From contig NZ_CP088239.1 of assembly GCF_021054785.1 (NCBI RefSeq), positions 1,560,001 to 1,592,000 on the forward strand: DNA of 32,000 nt, given 5' to 3'. Under the pieces are notes generated by a model. The model made no database searches. It was not told the DNA's origin and saw only the letters and a list, made by a program, of their open reading frames with translations. A program made the translations under genes and the position numbers. Source of the DNA: Tannockella kyphosi. Its GTDB lineage: Bacteria; Bacillota_I; Bacilli_A; Erysipelotrichales; Coprobacillaceae. Shown one piece after another: positions 9,121-17,711 of the stretch (positions within the stretch are counted from its first letter, which is position 1; each line of letters opens with the position of its first letter).

Positions 9121-9719
9121 TGTAAATCCTCCAATAATCCTACCGTAAAGTCCATCATTTCAATATAACGATTTGTCGCAAAATATTTTGTAGGCATTTT
9201 TTCTACTTTGCATTTTATATGTGATTGTACATCAATATATAAATAAGCAATTTGTGGTGCCAATAAGATCAAGTCATAATTTTTAGCAATATGATACAAA
9301 CCACCGATTCCTCCAGCATCTATTTGAATAGATATTTTTTTCATCCATGCTACATCTTGCATCTTAGAAGCAAATAAAGAAGTTGTTAAACCTCCACTAC
9401 AACAAAGTAAAATACGATGTTTTGGCTTCGTTGCATTTTCCTCAAAACATTCCATCATTTCTTCAAACAAACTAATACAATGTGCCATATTCGTTAATTG
9501 AAAATGCATGTAAAAAATAGTTTCATTTTCTTCTTTATCCTGAATAATAAATTCAATAATATGATAAGGATAAAAAAGAATTCGAACATTTGAATTTTCA
9601 TCTTCAAAACAAATCGATTCCTCCTCACAACAAGGATTCATCTCACTCACTTTTGACTTCATCCATAAATAAAAGAAACTTAAATTAATATCCCTTAAAA
9701 ACTCCTCCATTATTTTCAC
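9117..9719 (-). CDS. Fusion protein: unknown Cys/Glu-rich N-terminal domain (about 95 aa) plus PTS EIIB domain of the lactose/cellobiose type
   Basis: 200 aa. The C-terminal half (HRILLCCSGGLTTSLFASKMQ...YDLILLAPQIAYL) matches PTS_IIB (cellobiose family), including the phospho-accepting Cys position. I do not recognise the N-terminal half. Its stop overlaps the ROK-like start by 4 nt (ATGA). The start looks like a GTG by my reading, and an ATG three codons downstream is an alternative. Confidence 0.6.
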   Translation of the reverse strand: MKIMEEFLRDINLSFFYLWMKSKVSEMNPCCEEESICFEDENSNVRILFYPYHIIEFIIQDKEENETIFYMHFQLTNMAHCISLFEEMMECFEENATKPKHRILLCCSGGLTTSLFASKMQDVAWMKKISIQIDAGGIGGLYHIAKNYDLILLAPQIAYLYIDVQSHIKCKVEKMPTKYFATNRYIEMMDFTVGLLEDLQ

Positions 9720-9776
9720 CCACTTTTTTCAAGACTTGTTATAAGTATTATATAACGATATTTTATTATGCACAAC

Positions 9777-9801
9777 AAAAAAAGCACGAAAACATCGTAC
9801 T
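9777..9801 (-). terminator. Weak terminator after the DUF4125-like gene
   Basis: GUACGA-UGUUU-UCGUGC (6-bp stem with one mismatch) followed by UUUUUUU, immediately after the stop at 9803. Confidence 0.45.
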
Positions 9802-9802
9802 T

Positions 9803-10399
9803 TTATTTTAATTTTTCTTCCGCTTGTTCCAACGATTGATAACCATACATTTTCACTGTATTCTCTCTAATCAAAAGGACTAGATTTTTATCCTGAGAAG
9901 AAGCATCTAACACCATATAGGCATAACTCACCAATGTCTTTTTACTATATGTTTTTAATTCTCCTCTTAAATAAGTTTCAAAAGATGTTTCATCCTCACT
10001 ATCACTTGATGAATATGTATTTCTAGAAGCATAACTAATAGCTGGATACAGTTTTTCAAACTGTTCCATCATAGTTAATTCAATCGCTACTATTTCTTCT
10101 ATAATACCATTTGTCTCTTGATTCACCTTAGGAACATATTGTTCTATGTTAGCATACCCTTGAGGGTCATTACTTTCCATCATATAAGCATATTTCAATG
10201 AAATAGGATTCAAACCAATTCTCTTGTAATCCTTCATATCTTGTAAATAATTCTCTAACAACTCCTTAGTAAAAGTCATAAATTGACTTTTACGATACAA
10301 ATGAAACAATTCAAAATTATCCTGACAACTAGCTCTTCCATCTATATTTTGAGTTTCTTGTAAAAATTCCCATTCTCTTTGAATAATCTCTTCTATCAT
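9803..10399 (-). CDS. DUF4125-like helical protein of unknown function
   Basis: 198 aa. As I recall it, the N-terminal block REWEFLQETQNIDGRASCQDNFELFHLYRKSQF resembles the DUF4125 family signature. The ATG lies 1 nt after the stop of the upstream 572-aa gene, and a terminator follows. Confidence 0.5.
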   Translation of the reverse strand: MIEEIIQREWEFLQETQNIDGRASCQDNFELFHLYRKSQFMTFTKELLENYLQDMKDYKRIGLNPISLKYAYMMESNDPQGYANIEQYVPKVNQETNGIIEEIVAIELTMMEQFEKLYPAISYASRNTYSSSDSEDETSFETYLRGELKTYSKKTLVSYAYMVLDASSQDKNLVLLIRENTVKMYGYQSLEQAEEKLK

Positions 10400-10400
10400 A

Positions 10401-12119
10401 TTACCCCTCCATCACATGCATTCGCTTTATTTTTTCATTTTCAATATGACTCATCACATCCTCTAAATGTACTTGTAAAAAAGGATCCGTTTGTTCACTA
10501 AGCCCTAACTCTTGTAACTTAGAAACAACTTGAACACATATCGTCTCTATCAATATCTCTTGATCTTTATCTTCTTCATACAAACCCTTAATAAGTCCTG
10601 CCAAACTATCTAATCCTAATGTTTTAAAAACATATTGATACGTCCATTTATAATAAGGCGTATAACTATTTTCTAACAAACACAAACAATCCATCGTTTC
10701 CTTAACAAATTCATCAAGTGCTAAATGCATTGCTACCATATCTCCTCTTTGTTTACAACGAGGATAATTATATTGTCCTGATTGTGCCATCTTACTTAAA
10801 GCACGAACTATTTTCTTTAAACGAACATCCCTTGGATAGTAAGCTAATTGTTTTCTTTGGGTTGTCACTAATCCATAAAAATCATCAAAAATCGCACCTT
10901 TTGTCAACATTAACAAACTTTGGCTAGAATAGCCAAACCAATCCATTTCATTTTTAGGTAAATAACCTAAAAATTGTAGAAAATAATCTTCAAGACAAAC
11001 AACGCCTACCCGACCTTCCCCTTGGTTACTTTGAATTCTAGTTAAACCAAGGTATTCTTTAGGTAATTGATTGTATGTTTCTTGTAATAAAGAACCATAG
11101 TTTAAAAAATATTCTTTAGGAACAAAGACCATAAAACCAGGACCAAAATCATGATCCTTTGATATTTCATCATCAAAACCAAGACACTCTGAACCCATTC
11201 CTATTAAACCAAATGCTAGGTATTGCATTAGTTCTGGATGTTTCTTTTCAAAAACAGGTTTTCCTACTTCTTGATAATATTGTTTACACAACTCCATCCC
11301 TTTTGTTTTTTGATTTTGTAAATCGAGAGCATACTGATAATTTTCATATACAATAGCATAATCACTATTTCTACCATAAGTATCCTCTATATTATCCAAT
11401 ACTTCTTGATACGTTTTTATTGCTTTTTCATACATTCCTTCTAAGGTATAATATTGAGCCAATGTATGCAATGTTGCAAAATAATGTGGATCATTAGGAG
11501 CATGTTTTTCAAATAATAGGATTGCAATATCTAAGTATTCCTTTACTTTACTCCTATTTTTATTTTGAAGATACATCGTCGCAATATTCGTAGCACTTAT
11601 TGCTTGTTCTTCATAACTATCTGGTGCACTGCAAATAAGAACATAGGCTTGTAATCCGTATTCTAAGGCTTTTGTTGTATTTCCAATACTTTGATAATAA
11701 AGACTATAATTGTTATAAAAAGAAATAACTCGCAAGTCATTTGCTGCTAAATGTTGTTTATAAACAGCTTCACATAATAAGAAATATTGATTTGCTTCTT
11801 GAAACATTCCTTGAATACGATACAAAGTGGCAATATTTAAATATGTTGTACCAGCCATCACCGTATTTTCTAATTGTCTTGATGTAATAATATTAGCTGC
11901 TCTAAGTGCCATTTTATTTCCTAGTTCATACATTGCATGAACTCGATAATAACCCATTAATTCACTTAAGATACCTAATACTAATAAGTCATCTTCTTGA
12001 ACCATTGCTTGTTGTAATTGTTCTAATAAAAATTGATATCCTTCTTGATATTTACTTTGACTATATAAAAAATCCAATCGACTTCTAATTTCTTCCATAA
12101 ACTCACCCCTTTCTATCAT
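10401..12119 (-). CDS. TPR-repeat protein fused to a Pol-beta-superfamily nucleotidyltransferase domain (DUF4037-like)
   Basis: 572 aa. Roughly the first 270 aa are TPR-like helical repeats (..AMYELGNKMALRA.., ..GMFQEANQYFLLCEAVY.., ..GMYEKAIKTYQEVL..). These are followed by GLIGMGSECLGFDDEISKDHDFGPGF, which fits the minimal NTase motif G[GS]-x11-DxD. The likely true start is the ATG at 12098 (MEEIRSRL), which is preceded by AGGGGTGAG. Confidence 0.6.
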   Translation of the reverse strand: MIERGEFMEEIRSRLDFLYSQSKYQEGYQFLLEQLQQAMVQEDDLLVLGILSELMGYYRVHAMYELGNKMALRAANIITSRQLENTVMAGTTYLNIATLYRIQGMFQEANQYFLLCEAVYKQHLAANDLRVISFYNNYSLYYQSIGNTTKALEYGLQAYVLICSAPDSYEEQAISATNIATMYLQNKNRSKVKEYLDIAILLFEKHAPNDPHYFATLHTLAQYYTLEGMYEKAIKTYQEVLDNIEDTYGRNSDYAIVYENYQYALDLQNQKTKGMELCKQYYQEVGKPVFEKKHPELMQYLAFGLIGMGSECLGFDDEISKDHDFGPGFMVFVPKEYFLNYGSLLQETYNQLPKEYLGLTRIQSNQGEGRVGVVCLEDYFLQFLGYLPKNEMDWFGYSSQSLLMLTKGAIFDDFYGLVTTQRKQLAYYPRDVRLKKIVRALSKMAQSGQYNYPRCKQRGDMVAMHLALDEFVKETMDCLCLLENSYTPYYKWTYQYVFKTLGLDSLAGLIKGLYEEDKDQEILIETICVQVVSKLQELGLSEQTDPFLQVHLEDVMSHIENEKIKRMHVMEG

Positions 12120-12152
12120 ATACCAAATTCATTTCTATATCCTCTAATATGC

Positions 12153-12176
12153 AAAAAAATAGACATCGTCTATTTT
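12153..12176 (-). terminator. Hairpin plus U-run overlapping the mupG-like stop codon (probable attenuator before the TPR-NTase gene)
   Basis: AAAAUAGAC-GAU-GUCUAUUUU then UUU: a 9-bp stem with a 3-nt loop. Only about 33 nt remain before the next start codon. Confidence 0.5.
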
Positions 12177-13282
12177 CTTTGCATTGGAATTAACTTGTAT
12201 GGAAAGCATTCATATAAAACATATTCTAATAAATTGTGTCCCTCTAAAATAGCTCCGATCACATTTACAGTTTGATCACGATCACAATCTTGCATCATTA
12301 TTTGGATTTCTCCCGTATAACGTTTCGCTAATGTATTATCAATAGTAACACTATACTTAGAACGTGGTACACAATATAATGGTTCTTCTTGAAAGCCTTT
12401 TACTTCCATCGAACGAATGCATTCAATAGAACGATCGCCACGCATAGTAAGTACTGTATTTTCTAACTTATAAATAAGTTCATCACTAACATACTCATTA
12501 TAAACTACTGGTATTTCTAAATAATCCTTTGTAATTAAAGCTCCTAATCTTTCTAATTCCACATCTGCTGCCATAATATCACCAACCAAAACAGTATCCA
12601 CACCTAATGCAAACAGTTCTTGAGCTGCTAAGTGTGCTGGAAGATAACGATGATGTTCTAACGTTGGTATTCCATGTCCCATTGGTTGCATGGAATGAAC
12701 AGAGTATTGACTAGCAACAAAGGCTGTAATAGTAACTCCATATTCTTTCAACAATTCAATATTTTCTTTTACATATTCTTTACTATGACCTGTTCCTACT
12801 CTTGGAAAGTAGTTGAAACATGCAACAAAGTTTTCCATATTCCCTCTTTGTTTAACCCCTTCTAACAAAGGATATACAGCACTATCTTTGCCTTGATCAA
12901 AAGATCCATTCATTTCAATCTTTATACCATAAGGGTTATTTGTCATTGTAACAATATCTTCACTTGTATAACCCCCATCAATACGTATCATCATTAACCC
13001 TAAATCTAAGAATGGTTTCAAATTATCTGGAGTAGCTCCATATGCTTCAAAAATAACATTCGTTACATCTCCACAAACCGTAATACCTGATTCATTACAT
13101 AAACTAAAAAATTGTTTAAATACAGGATCTGTTGCTTCTAGCCCTCCATTAAATCCAAAATCTCCTAATTGTAAACTAGTAAACGCTCTTGTCATATGAC
13201 TTTTCTTTGCTCTTGTTATATAATCCTTTAATTCATCCATTGAGCAATAGTCTGGATATATAGATATACCTACTTGTCTCAT
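12170..13282 (-). CDS. MupG/DUF871-family TIM-barrel protein (6-phospho-N-acetylmuramidase-like)
   Basis: 370 aa. The N-terminus MRQVGISIYPD... and overall size are typical of DUF871. Assignment is by family resemblance only. Confidence 0.6.
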   Translation of the reverse strand: MRQVGISIYPDYCSMDELKDYITRAKKSHMTRAFTSLQLGDFGFNGGLEATDPVFKQFFSLCNESGITVCGDVTNVIFEAYGATPDNLKPFLDLGLMMIRIDGGYTSEDIVTMTNNPYGIKIEMNGSFDQGKDSAVYPLLEGVKQRGNMENFVACFNYFPRVGTGHSKEYVKENIELLKEYGVTITAFVASQYSVHSMQPMGHGIPTLEHHRYLPAHLAAQELFALGVDTVLVGDIMAADVELERLGALITKDYLEIPVVYNEYVSDELIYKLENTVLTMRGDRSIECIRSMEVKGFQEEPLYCVPRSKYSVTIDNTLAKRYTGEIQIMMQDCDRDQTVNVIGAILEGHNLLEYVLYECFPYKLIPMQRK

Positions 13283-13322
13283 TATTAAATCCCCTTTCCA
13301 TTTAATTATACATAATTCCTAT

Positions 13323-13354
13323 AAAAAGAACAGTCCTAGTCAGACTGTTCTTTT
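13323..13354 (-). terminator. Terminator after the AI-2E transporter gene
   Basis: AAAAGAACAGUC-UGACUAG-GACUGUUCUUUU, a 12-bp stem that includes the stop codon, followed by a U-rich tail. Confidence 0.65.
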
Positions 13355-14451
13355 GCTTTTGATTTTTTATATATTAGAAAATCTCGATACATTGCTCTTA
13401 AGATAACAATTAACGGAACTCCGATAAACATTCCTACAATTCCCCATATACCACCAAAGATAGTTACTGCAAAAATAACCCAAAATGCAGATATACCAAC
13501 TGTTTCTCCTAAAATAGCAGGACCTAAGATATAACCATCAAACTGTTGCAATGCAAAAATAAAGATACACAGCCACACAACTGTCATTACATCTCCCATT
13601 AATGCCACAAACAACACAATCGGTATCGCCCCTATAAAAGGTCCAAAATATGGAATCATATTCGTAACACCAATCGTAATTGCAAGCAGTGGTACTGCTG
13701 GTAATCCCATGATCCAAAAGCCAACTGCAGCAATCATTCCAATAATAAGTGAATCTATGAATTTCCCATATACGAAATTACCAAAAATACGATGACTACG
13801 ATATGCATACTCATGAATAAATTCTAATTGTTCAGGACTAATAATTAATAATGCGATATTATCAAATATTTTCTTCAAACGATCTCTTTCTACCAAAATA
13901 TAAGGGCAAAAAACAATCCCTAATACCCAAGTACTAATCGTACTCGCTGCACTAAAAAGTGACTCTATATAGGTTAATGGATCAATAGCTGCTAATTTAT
14001 CTAAAATATCATAAATAACTACATCTAACTGTAAAACAATTTCTTGTATTTCAGGAATAGCAATAGCCTCTTTTACATTCTTTTCAAAATCAAAAACATA
14101 TGCTTGTAATGTACTAGCTACTTCCATTACCGCATTTGCAATACTGGGACTAATTACTGTTATCAACAAGACAATACAAGCTAAAAATGTAAAGAAGACA
14201 ATCAATACAGATAACACTCTTTTGTTTTTATGGAAAGCTGTGGTATCTAATTTGTTTTCCACAGCAATTGTGGCTGGAGATAAGAAGTAAGCAAGTACTG
14301 CTCCAATAAAAACAGGAGTAAAAACAGTTAAGACTTTTTTTACTTCTACCATAATAAGTCCAATGCTATCAAACAAACGATAAAATGCTATTGATAGAAC
14401 AATTACCAACAATAGACCACTATATTTTTTTAACCATTCTATTTTATTCAT
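13336..14451 (-). CDS. AI-2E (PerM/UPF0118) family transporter
   Basis: 371 aa polytopic membrane protein with a PYFGPFIGAIPIVL-type conserved block. Confidence 0.8.
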   Translation of the reverse strand: MNKIEWLKKYSGLLLVIVLSIAFYRLFDSIGLIMVEVKKVLTVFTPVFIGAVLAYFLSPATIAVENKLDTTAFHKNKRVLSVLIVFFTFLACIVLLITVISPSIANAVMEVASTLQAYVFDFEKNVKEAIAIPEIQEIVLQLDVVIYDILDKLAAIDPLTYIESLFSAASTISTWVLGIVFCPYILVERDRLKKIFDNIALLIISPEQLEFIHEYAYRSHRIFGNFVYGKFIDSLIIGMIAAVGFWIMGLPAVPLLAITIGVTNMIPYFGPFIGAIPIVLFVALMGDVMTVVWLCIFIFALQQFDGYILGPAILGETVGISAFWVIFAVTIFGGIWGIVGMFIGVPLIVILRAMYRDFLIYKKSKAKEQSD

Positions 14452-14519
14452 TTCTTTTTCTCTTTTCTTAATTTGTTTTAATTATAGCACACATAACTAT
14501 CATGTCTATATTTTGCCAA

Positions 14520-14548
14520 CAAAAAAGAAGAATATACAATATTCTTCT
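14520..14548 (-). terminator. Terminator after cysE
   Basis: AGAAGAAUAU-UGU-AUAUUCUUCU followed by UUUUUU. The stop codon lies in the stem. Confidence 0.7.
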
Positions 14549-15086
14549 ACAGTTCTCTTTTCACTTTTACACCTTTTTCTTTGACAATAAAAGCCGGAAC
14601 TCCTACTACAGTACAATCATCTGGAACATCTTTTAAAACAACAGTTTGAGCACCTATAATCGTATTATTACCAATCGTAATATCTCCGATTACCTTAGCA
14701 CCAGCACTAACCATGACATTATTCAATAATGTTGGATGTCTTTTACGACGATGTTGTCCAGTTCCAACTCCACCTAAAGTAGTTCCTTGATATAACAAAC
14801 AATCATCACCTATAATTGTTGTCTCTCCTATCACAACACCCATCCCATGATCTATAAACAACCTTTTTCCAATAGTTGCTCCTGGATGAATCTCAATCCC
14901 TGTACAAAATCTAGCAACCTGACTTAAAAATCTAGCAATAACACGTAAGTTTCTCTGCCATAAAAAGTGATTAATACGATAAAAAAACAAAGCATGTACC
15001 CCTGGATAATTCACAATAACATTTAAACGATGATAAGCAGCTGGATCTGTTTCCATTATCTTATCAATTAGTGATTTTTCTTTCAT
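14547..15086 (-). CDS. cysE: Serine O-acetyltransferase
   Basis: 179 aa. Hallmark block [44 protein letters not shown] plus left-handed beta-helix hexapeptide repeats. Confidence 0.9.
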   Translation of the reverse strand: MKEKSLIDKIMETDPAAYHRLNVIVNYPGVHALFFYRINHFLWQRNLRVIARFLSQVARFCTGIEIHPGATIGKRLFIDHGMGVVIGETTIIGDDCLLYQGTTLGGVGTGQHRRKRHPTLLNNVMVSAGAKVIGDITIGNNTIIGAQTVVLKDVPDDCTVVGVPAFIVKEKGVKVKREL

Positions 15087-15102
15087 ATAATCCCCCTAAC
15101 CC

Positions 15103-15130
15103 TATTAAAACACATTCTTTCTAGAATGTA
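15103..15130 (-). terminator. Possible terminator after the MATE gene
   Basis: ACAUUCU-AGAA-AGAAUGU followed by GUUUUAAU: a 7-bp stem with a modest U tail. Confidence 0.45.
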
Positions 15131-15138
15131 AAATAATG

Positions 15139-16548
15139 TTATTCCAGTCCTTTTAAGTGTTTACGATAGAAGAAATAAAATAAAGTACCAGTTGTTAAAC
15201 AAGCTAACACATCAGAAATAGCTTCACACAAGAAAATAGTAAATACAGCACCTCCATCATACACTAAGGAACTAATGGTAGATCCCATTGTAATTGCAAG
15301 CGATGTATCTTTTAAAATACCAGGTAATATTAATAACATCGGTATTAGTAAAACCATTTTACGATAAAATGCCATTGCTAAAGATTGCTTTGCTTGTCCT
15401 AAAGCAAGAAAAGAGTTTTGGCAACACATTTGAATACCATAAATCAATCCTCCAGCCATATAAATACGTATTGCCCAACTCGCTAATTGAACTGTTGCAT
15501 CATCACTAGAAAAGAATCCTGCAAAAGTAGAAGCAAAAATCATAATAATTGAAACAATACAAAAACTATATGCAATACATACTTTAAAAGATAATTTAAA
15601 AGTATCTCGAACTCTTTGATAATTCTTCGCCCCATAGTTATAACTCATAATTGGTTGTGCTCCTTGCATAAAACCATCTACTGGCAATGTTACAAACTGC
15701 CACAAACTAACCAATATCGCCATTACACTAATCGCCATTACTCCTCCATATTGAGAAAGTTGTGTATTAAAAGTAATTTGTAATAAAGATTCCGTTATAC
15801 TCATAGTAAATGGTGATATCCCTAATGATACTATTGCAAAAACAACACGTGCTTGTGGTTTTAAATATTTTTTACGAATACGAACAACTGTTTCTGGACC
15901 AAAGACAAACTTCATAACCCAAACAAAAGAAATAGCTTGGGCAATAATTGTCGCTAATGCAGCACCCTGAACCCCCATATCGAACCAAAAAATAAAAATA
16001 GGATCTAAAATAATATTCGCTATCGCACCAGCCATTACCGTCACCATACTTATCTTAGCAAAGCCTTGTGTCGTAATATAAGCATTCATTCCAATTGATA
16101 ATTGAACAAATAAAGTACCTAAAACATAAATAGATAAATAAGACTTCGCTTGTTCAATACAACTAGCATCAGCCCCAAACATCATTAATAAAGGTTCTTT
16201 AAAAATCATCGATAAAATCATAATAACAACACTACTAATAATTAATAAAACAAAACTAGTAGTCATTACTCTATCTGCTTCCTCTTTTCTTTGTTGACCC
16301 ATACGAATAGCACACAAAGGTGCCCCACCTAAACCAACCAAACGAGTAAAAGCAGAAATAATCGTAATTAACGGTAAACAAACAGCTAGTGCTGCTAATG
16401 CATTGGTTGAATTTGCCATATTCCCTATATATATACGATCTACCATATTATATAGAACATTAACCAATTGTGCTACAATTGCTGGCATTGCCAACTTAAA
16501 AAGTAGTGGAGCTACTTTTTCATTACCTAACATTTCATTACTTGCCAT
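15139..16548 (-). CDS. MATE family efflux transporter
   Basis: 469 aa, about 12 TM. The N-terminal LLFKLAMPAIVAQLVNVLYNMVDRIYIG motif is typical of MATE/MepA-like exporters. Confidence 0.88.
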   Translation of the reverse strand: MASNEMLGNEKVAPLLFKLAMPAIVAQLVNVLYNMVDRIYIGNMANSTNALAALAVCLPLITIISAFTRLVGLGGAPLCAIRMGQQRKEEADRVMTTSFVLLIISSVVIMILSMIFKEPLLMMFGADASCIEQAKSYLSIYVLGTLFVQLSIGMNAYITTQGFAKISMVTVMAGAIANIILDPIFIFWFDMGVQGAALATIIAQAISFVWVMKFVFGPETVVRIRKKYLKPQARVVFAIVSLGISPFTMSITESLLQITFNTQLSQYGGVMAISVMAILVSLWQFVTLPVDGFMQGAQPIMSYNYGAKNYQRVRDTFKLSFKVCIAYSFCIVSIIMIFASTFAGFFSSDDATVQLASWAIRIYMAGGLIYGIQMCCQNSFLALGQAKQSLAMAFYRKMVLLIPMLLILPGILKDTSLAITMGSTISSLVYDGGAVFTIFLCEAISDVLACLTTGTLFYFFYRKHLKGLE

Positions 16549-16560
16549 ATTTCTTCCTCA

Positions 16561-16593
16561 AAATAAATAGAACTCTGCGAGTTCTATTTATTT
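16561..16593 (-). terminator. Long hairpin between the GT2-like gene and the MATE gene
   Basis: AAAUAAAUAGAACUC-GCA-GAGUUCUAUUUAUUU, a perfect 15-bp stem that contains the stop codon at 16584 and ends about 5 nt before the MATE RBS GAGGAAG. Confidence 0.55.
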
Positions 16594-17534
16594 CTTTCTA
16601 ATCTTTTTTTAACTGTGTTTAAAACTACTTCATTATCACTAGCTAGTACTTTTGCAACAAGTGTACGTTTACATTGCTTGTATAAAATATAATTATTCAC
16701 CTTTAGATAATACCATAATTCCTCTTTACATTGTAAAGACTCTACACTACCATCTTGAATATACGTAAATAATAAGTGCGATAAATAAGACACAAAATGC
16801 TCTGTAATAGTTTTCTTTAGTTTACGACTCTTGATTTCACTAATATCTAATTTATCAATAACTGCTTTTATTAAAACAACTCCCATAGCTACTTGATCAA
16901 ACATATCTTTATCACAAGGACGATTTGTTTTGACTAAGACTTGATCTATATAAACTAATGTTTTTACATTGACCATTGGTAACAAAGGACTTGCATAAGA
17001 CATATAAATGGTATTTGTCAATGTAGAACGATTTTCTTTTAATGTATTTGTCTTAAATACGCATGATTCTAATACAATACATTGAGAAGATTTTATACGA
17101 CCTAATTGATGCCACTCAAAAGGTGTATCAACAGGAAATAAATTTTTATATTCTACAATATCTTTTTTCTTTTTCTTTGTTCGATATTCAATATCACAAA
17201 CCAATAAATCTAAATTTGCCTGAATACGGATAAAATCTTGAAGCGTAGTAATTACCTTAACCAATCCCGATTGGTCTAAAGTTTGACAAGGATGCATTAA
17301 TTTAAAATATAGACCTTTTGCATAACACATTGTGTTATCACTAGATTCACAAACATCAATCATATCAGGATAATGTTTTTTCAAAAGACATAAATCTTCT
17401 TGTAATGATTCACTTATTTGATTTGTTACAAAAAGCATTTGTATTTCTGTTTGTTTAATTAAACATGATTCGACTATACTATGAACATTGACTGTATCAT
17501 GATAACAAGGTATACATAAAGTTAAAACTTTCAT
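16584..17534 (-). CDS. GT-A fold (glycosyltransferase family 2-like) protein with degenerate catalytic motifs
   Basis: The ORF track extends to 17627, but the ATG at 17534 (MKVLTLCIPCYHD...) is preceded by GGAGGG with a 5-nt spacer. LTLCIPCYHD resembles the GT2 N-terminal strand motif (xIIIPxYN). No clear DxD motif is seen. Confidence 0.4.
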   Translation of the reverse strand: MKVLTLCIPCYHDTVNVHSIVESCLIKQTEIQMLFVTNQISESLQEDLCLLKKHYPDMIDVCESSDNTMCYAKGLYFKLMHPCQTLDQSGLVKVITTLQDFIRIQANLDLLVCDIEYRTKKKKKDIVEYKNLFPVDTPFEWHQLGRIKSSQCIVLESCVFKTNTLKENRSTLTNTIYMSYASPLLPMVNVKTLVYIDQVLVKTNRPCDKDMFDQVAMGVVLIKAVIDKLDISEIKSRKLKKTITEHFVSYLSHLLFTYIQDGSVESLQCKEELWYYLKVNNYILYKQCKRTLVAKVLASDNEVVLNTVKKRLERNK

Positions 17535-17711
17535 TTTATCCCTCCTGACATATATTCCTATATTATCATAATTTTCATTAGAAAGGTATAGCTTTCTCAA
17601 AATGAAAATACAGATCATAATATTCATTACATTTTTCTTGCAAAAACTACCTTTTTAGGATTATACTTTTCATTATAAGTTTTAAACTTCATTTAACAAG
17701 GGGGACATTAT

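Noticed and set aside
9650-9725. An apparent extra C near 9660 in my hand translation. It would split the IIB-fusion gene into two frames, and by my reading it also places the GTG start at 9718..9720.
   Set aside because: The ORF track computed from the sequence shows one intact 200-aa frame (9117..9719). Flanking coordinates (9120, 9803, 10399) agree with my counting. I therefore attribute the discrepancy to my own base-level misreading, not to a real frameshift.
9803-12119. A MNT/HEPN-type toxin-antitoxin reading of the nucleotidyltransferase plus small-partner pair.
   Set aside because: The 198-aa partner contains a single His and no Rx4-6H HEPN motif. The NTase protein is far larger than minimal MNTs and carries TPR repeats. 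The pair is also transcriptionally tied to a metabolic gene.
15087-15138. A T-box leader upstream of cysE, as in the Bacillus cysE-cysS operon.
   Set aside because: Only 52 nt separate cysE from the upstream MATE gene, and most of that is the MATE terminator hairpin. There is no room for a T-box.
17163-17180. The poly-A/T tract encoding KKKKK in the GT2-like gene as a phase-variation site.
   Set aside because: The longest uninterrupted homopolymer run is only about 6 nt. That is too short to argue for slipped-strand switching.
17535-17627. The 31-codon N-terminal extension of the GT2-like ORF.
   Set aside because: There is no RBS before the upstream ATG. A strong GGAGGG RBS precedes the internal ATG at 17534, and that is where the family-like N-terminus starts.
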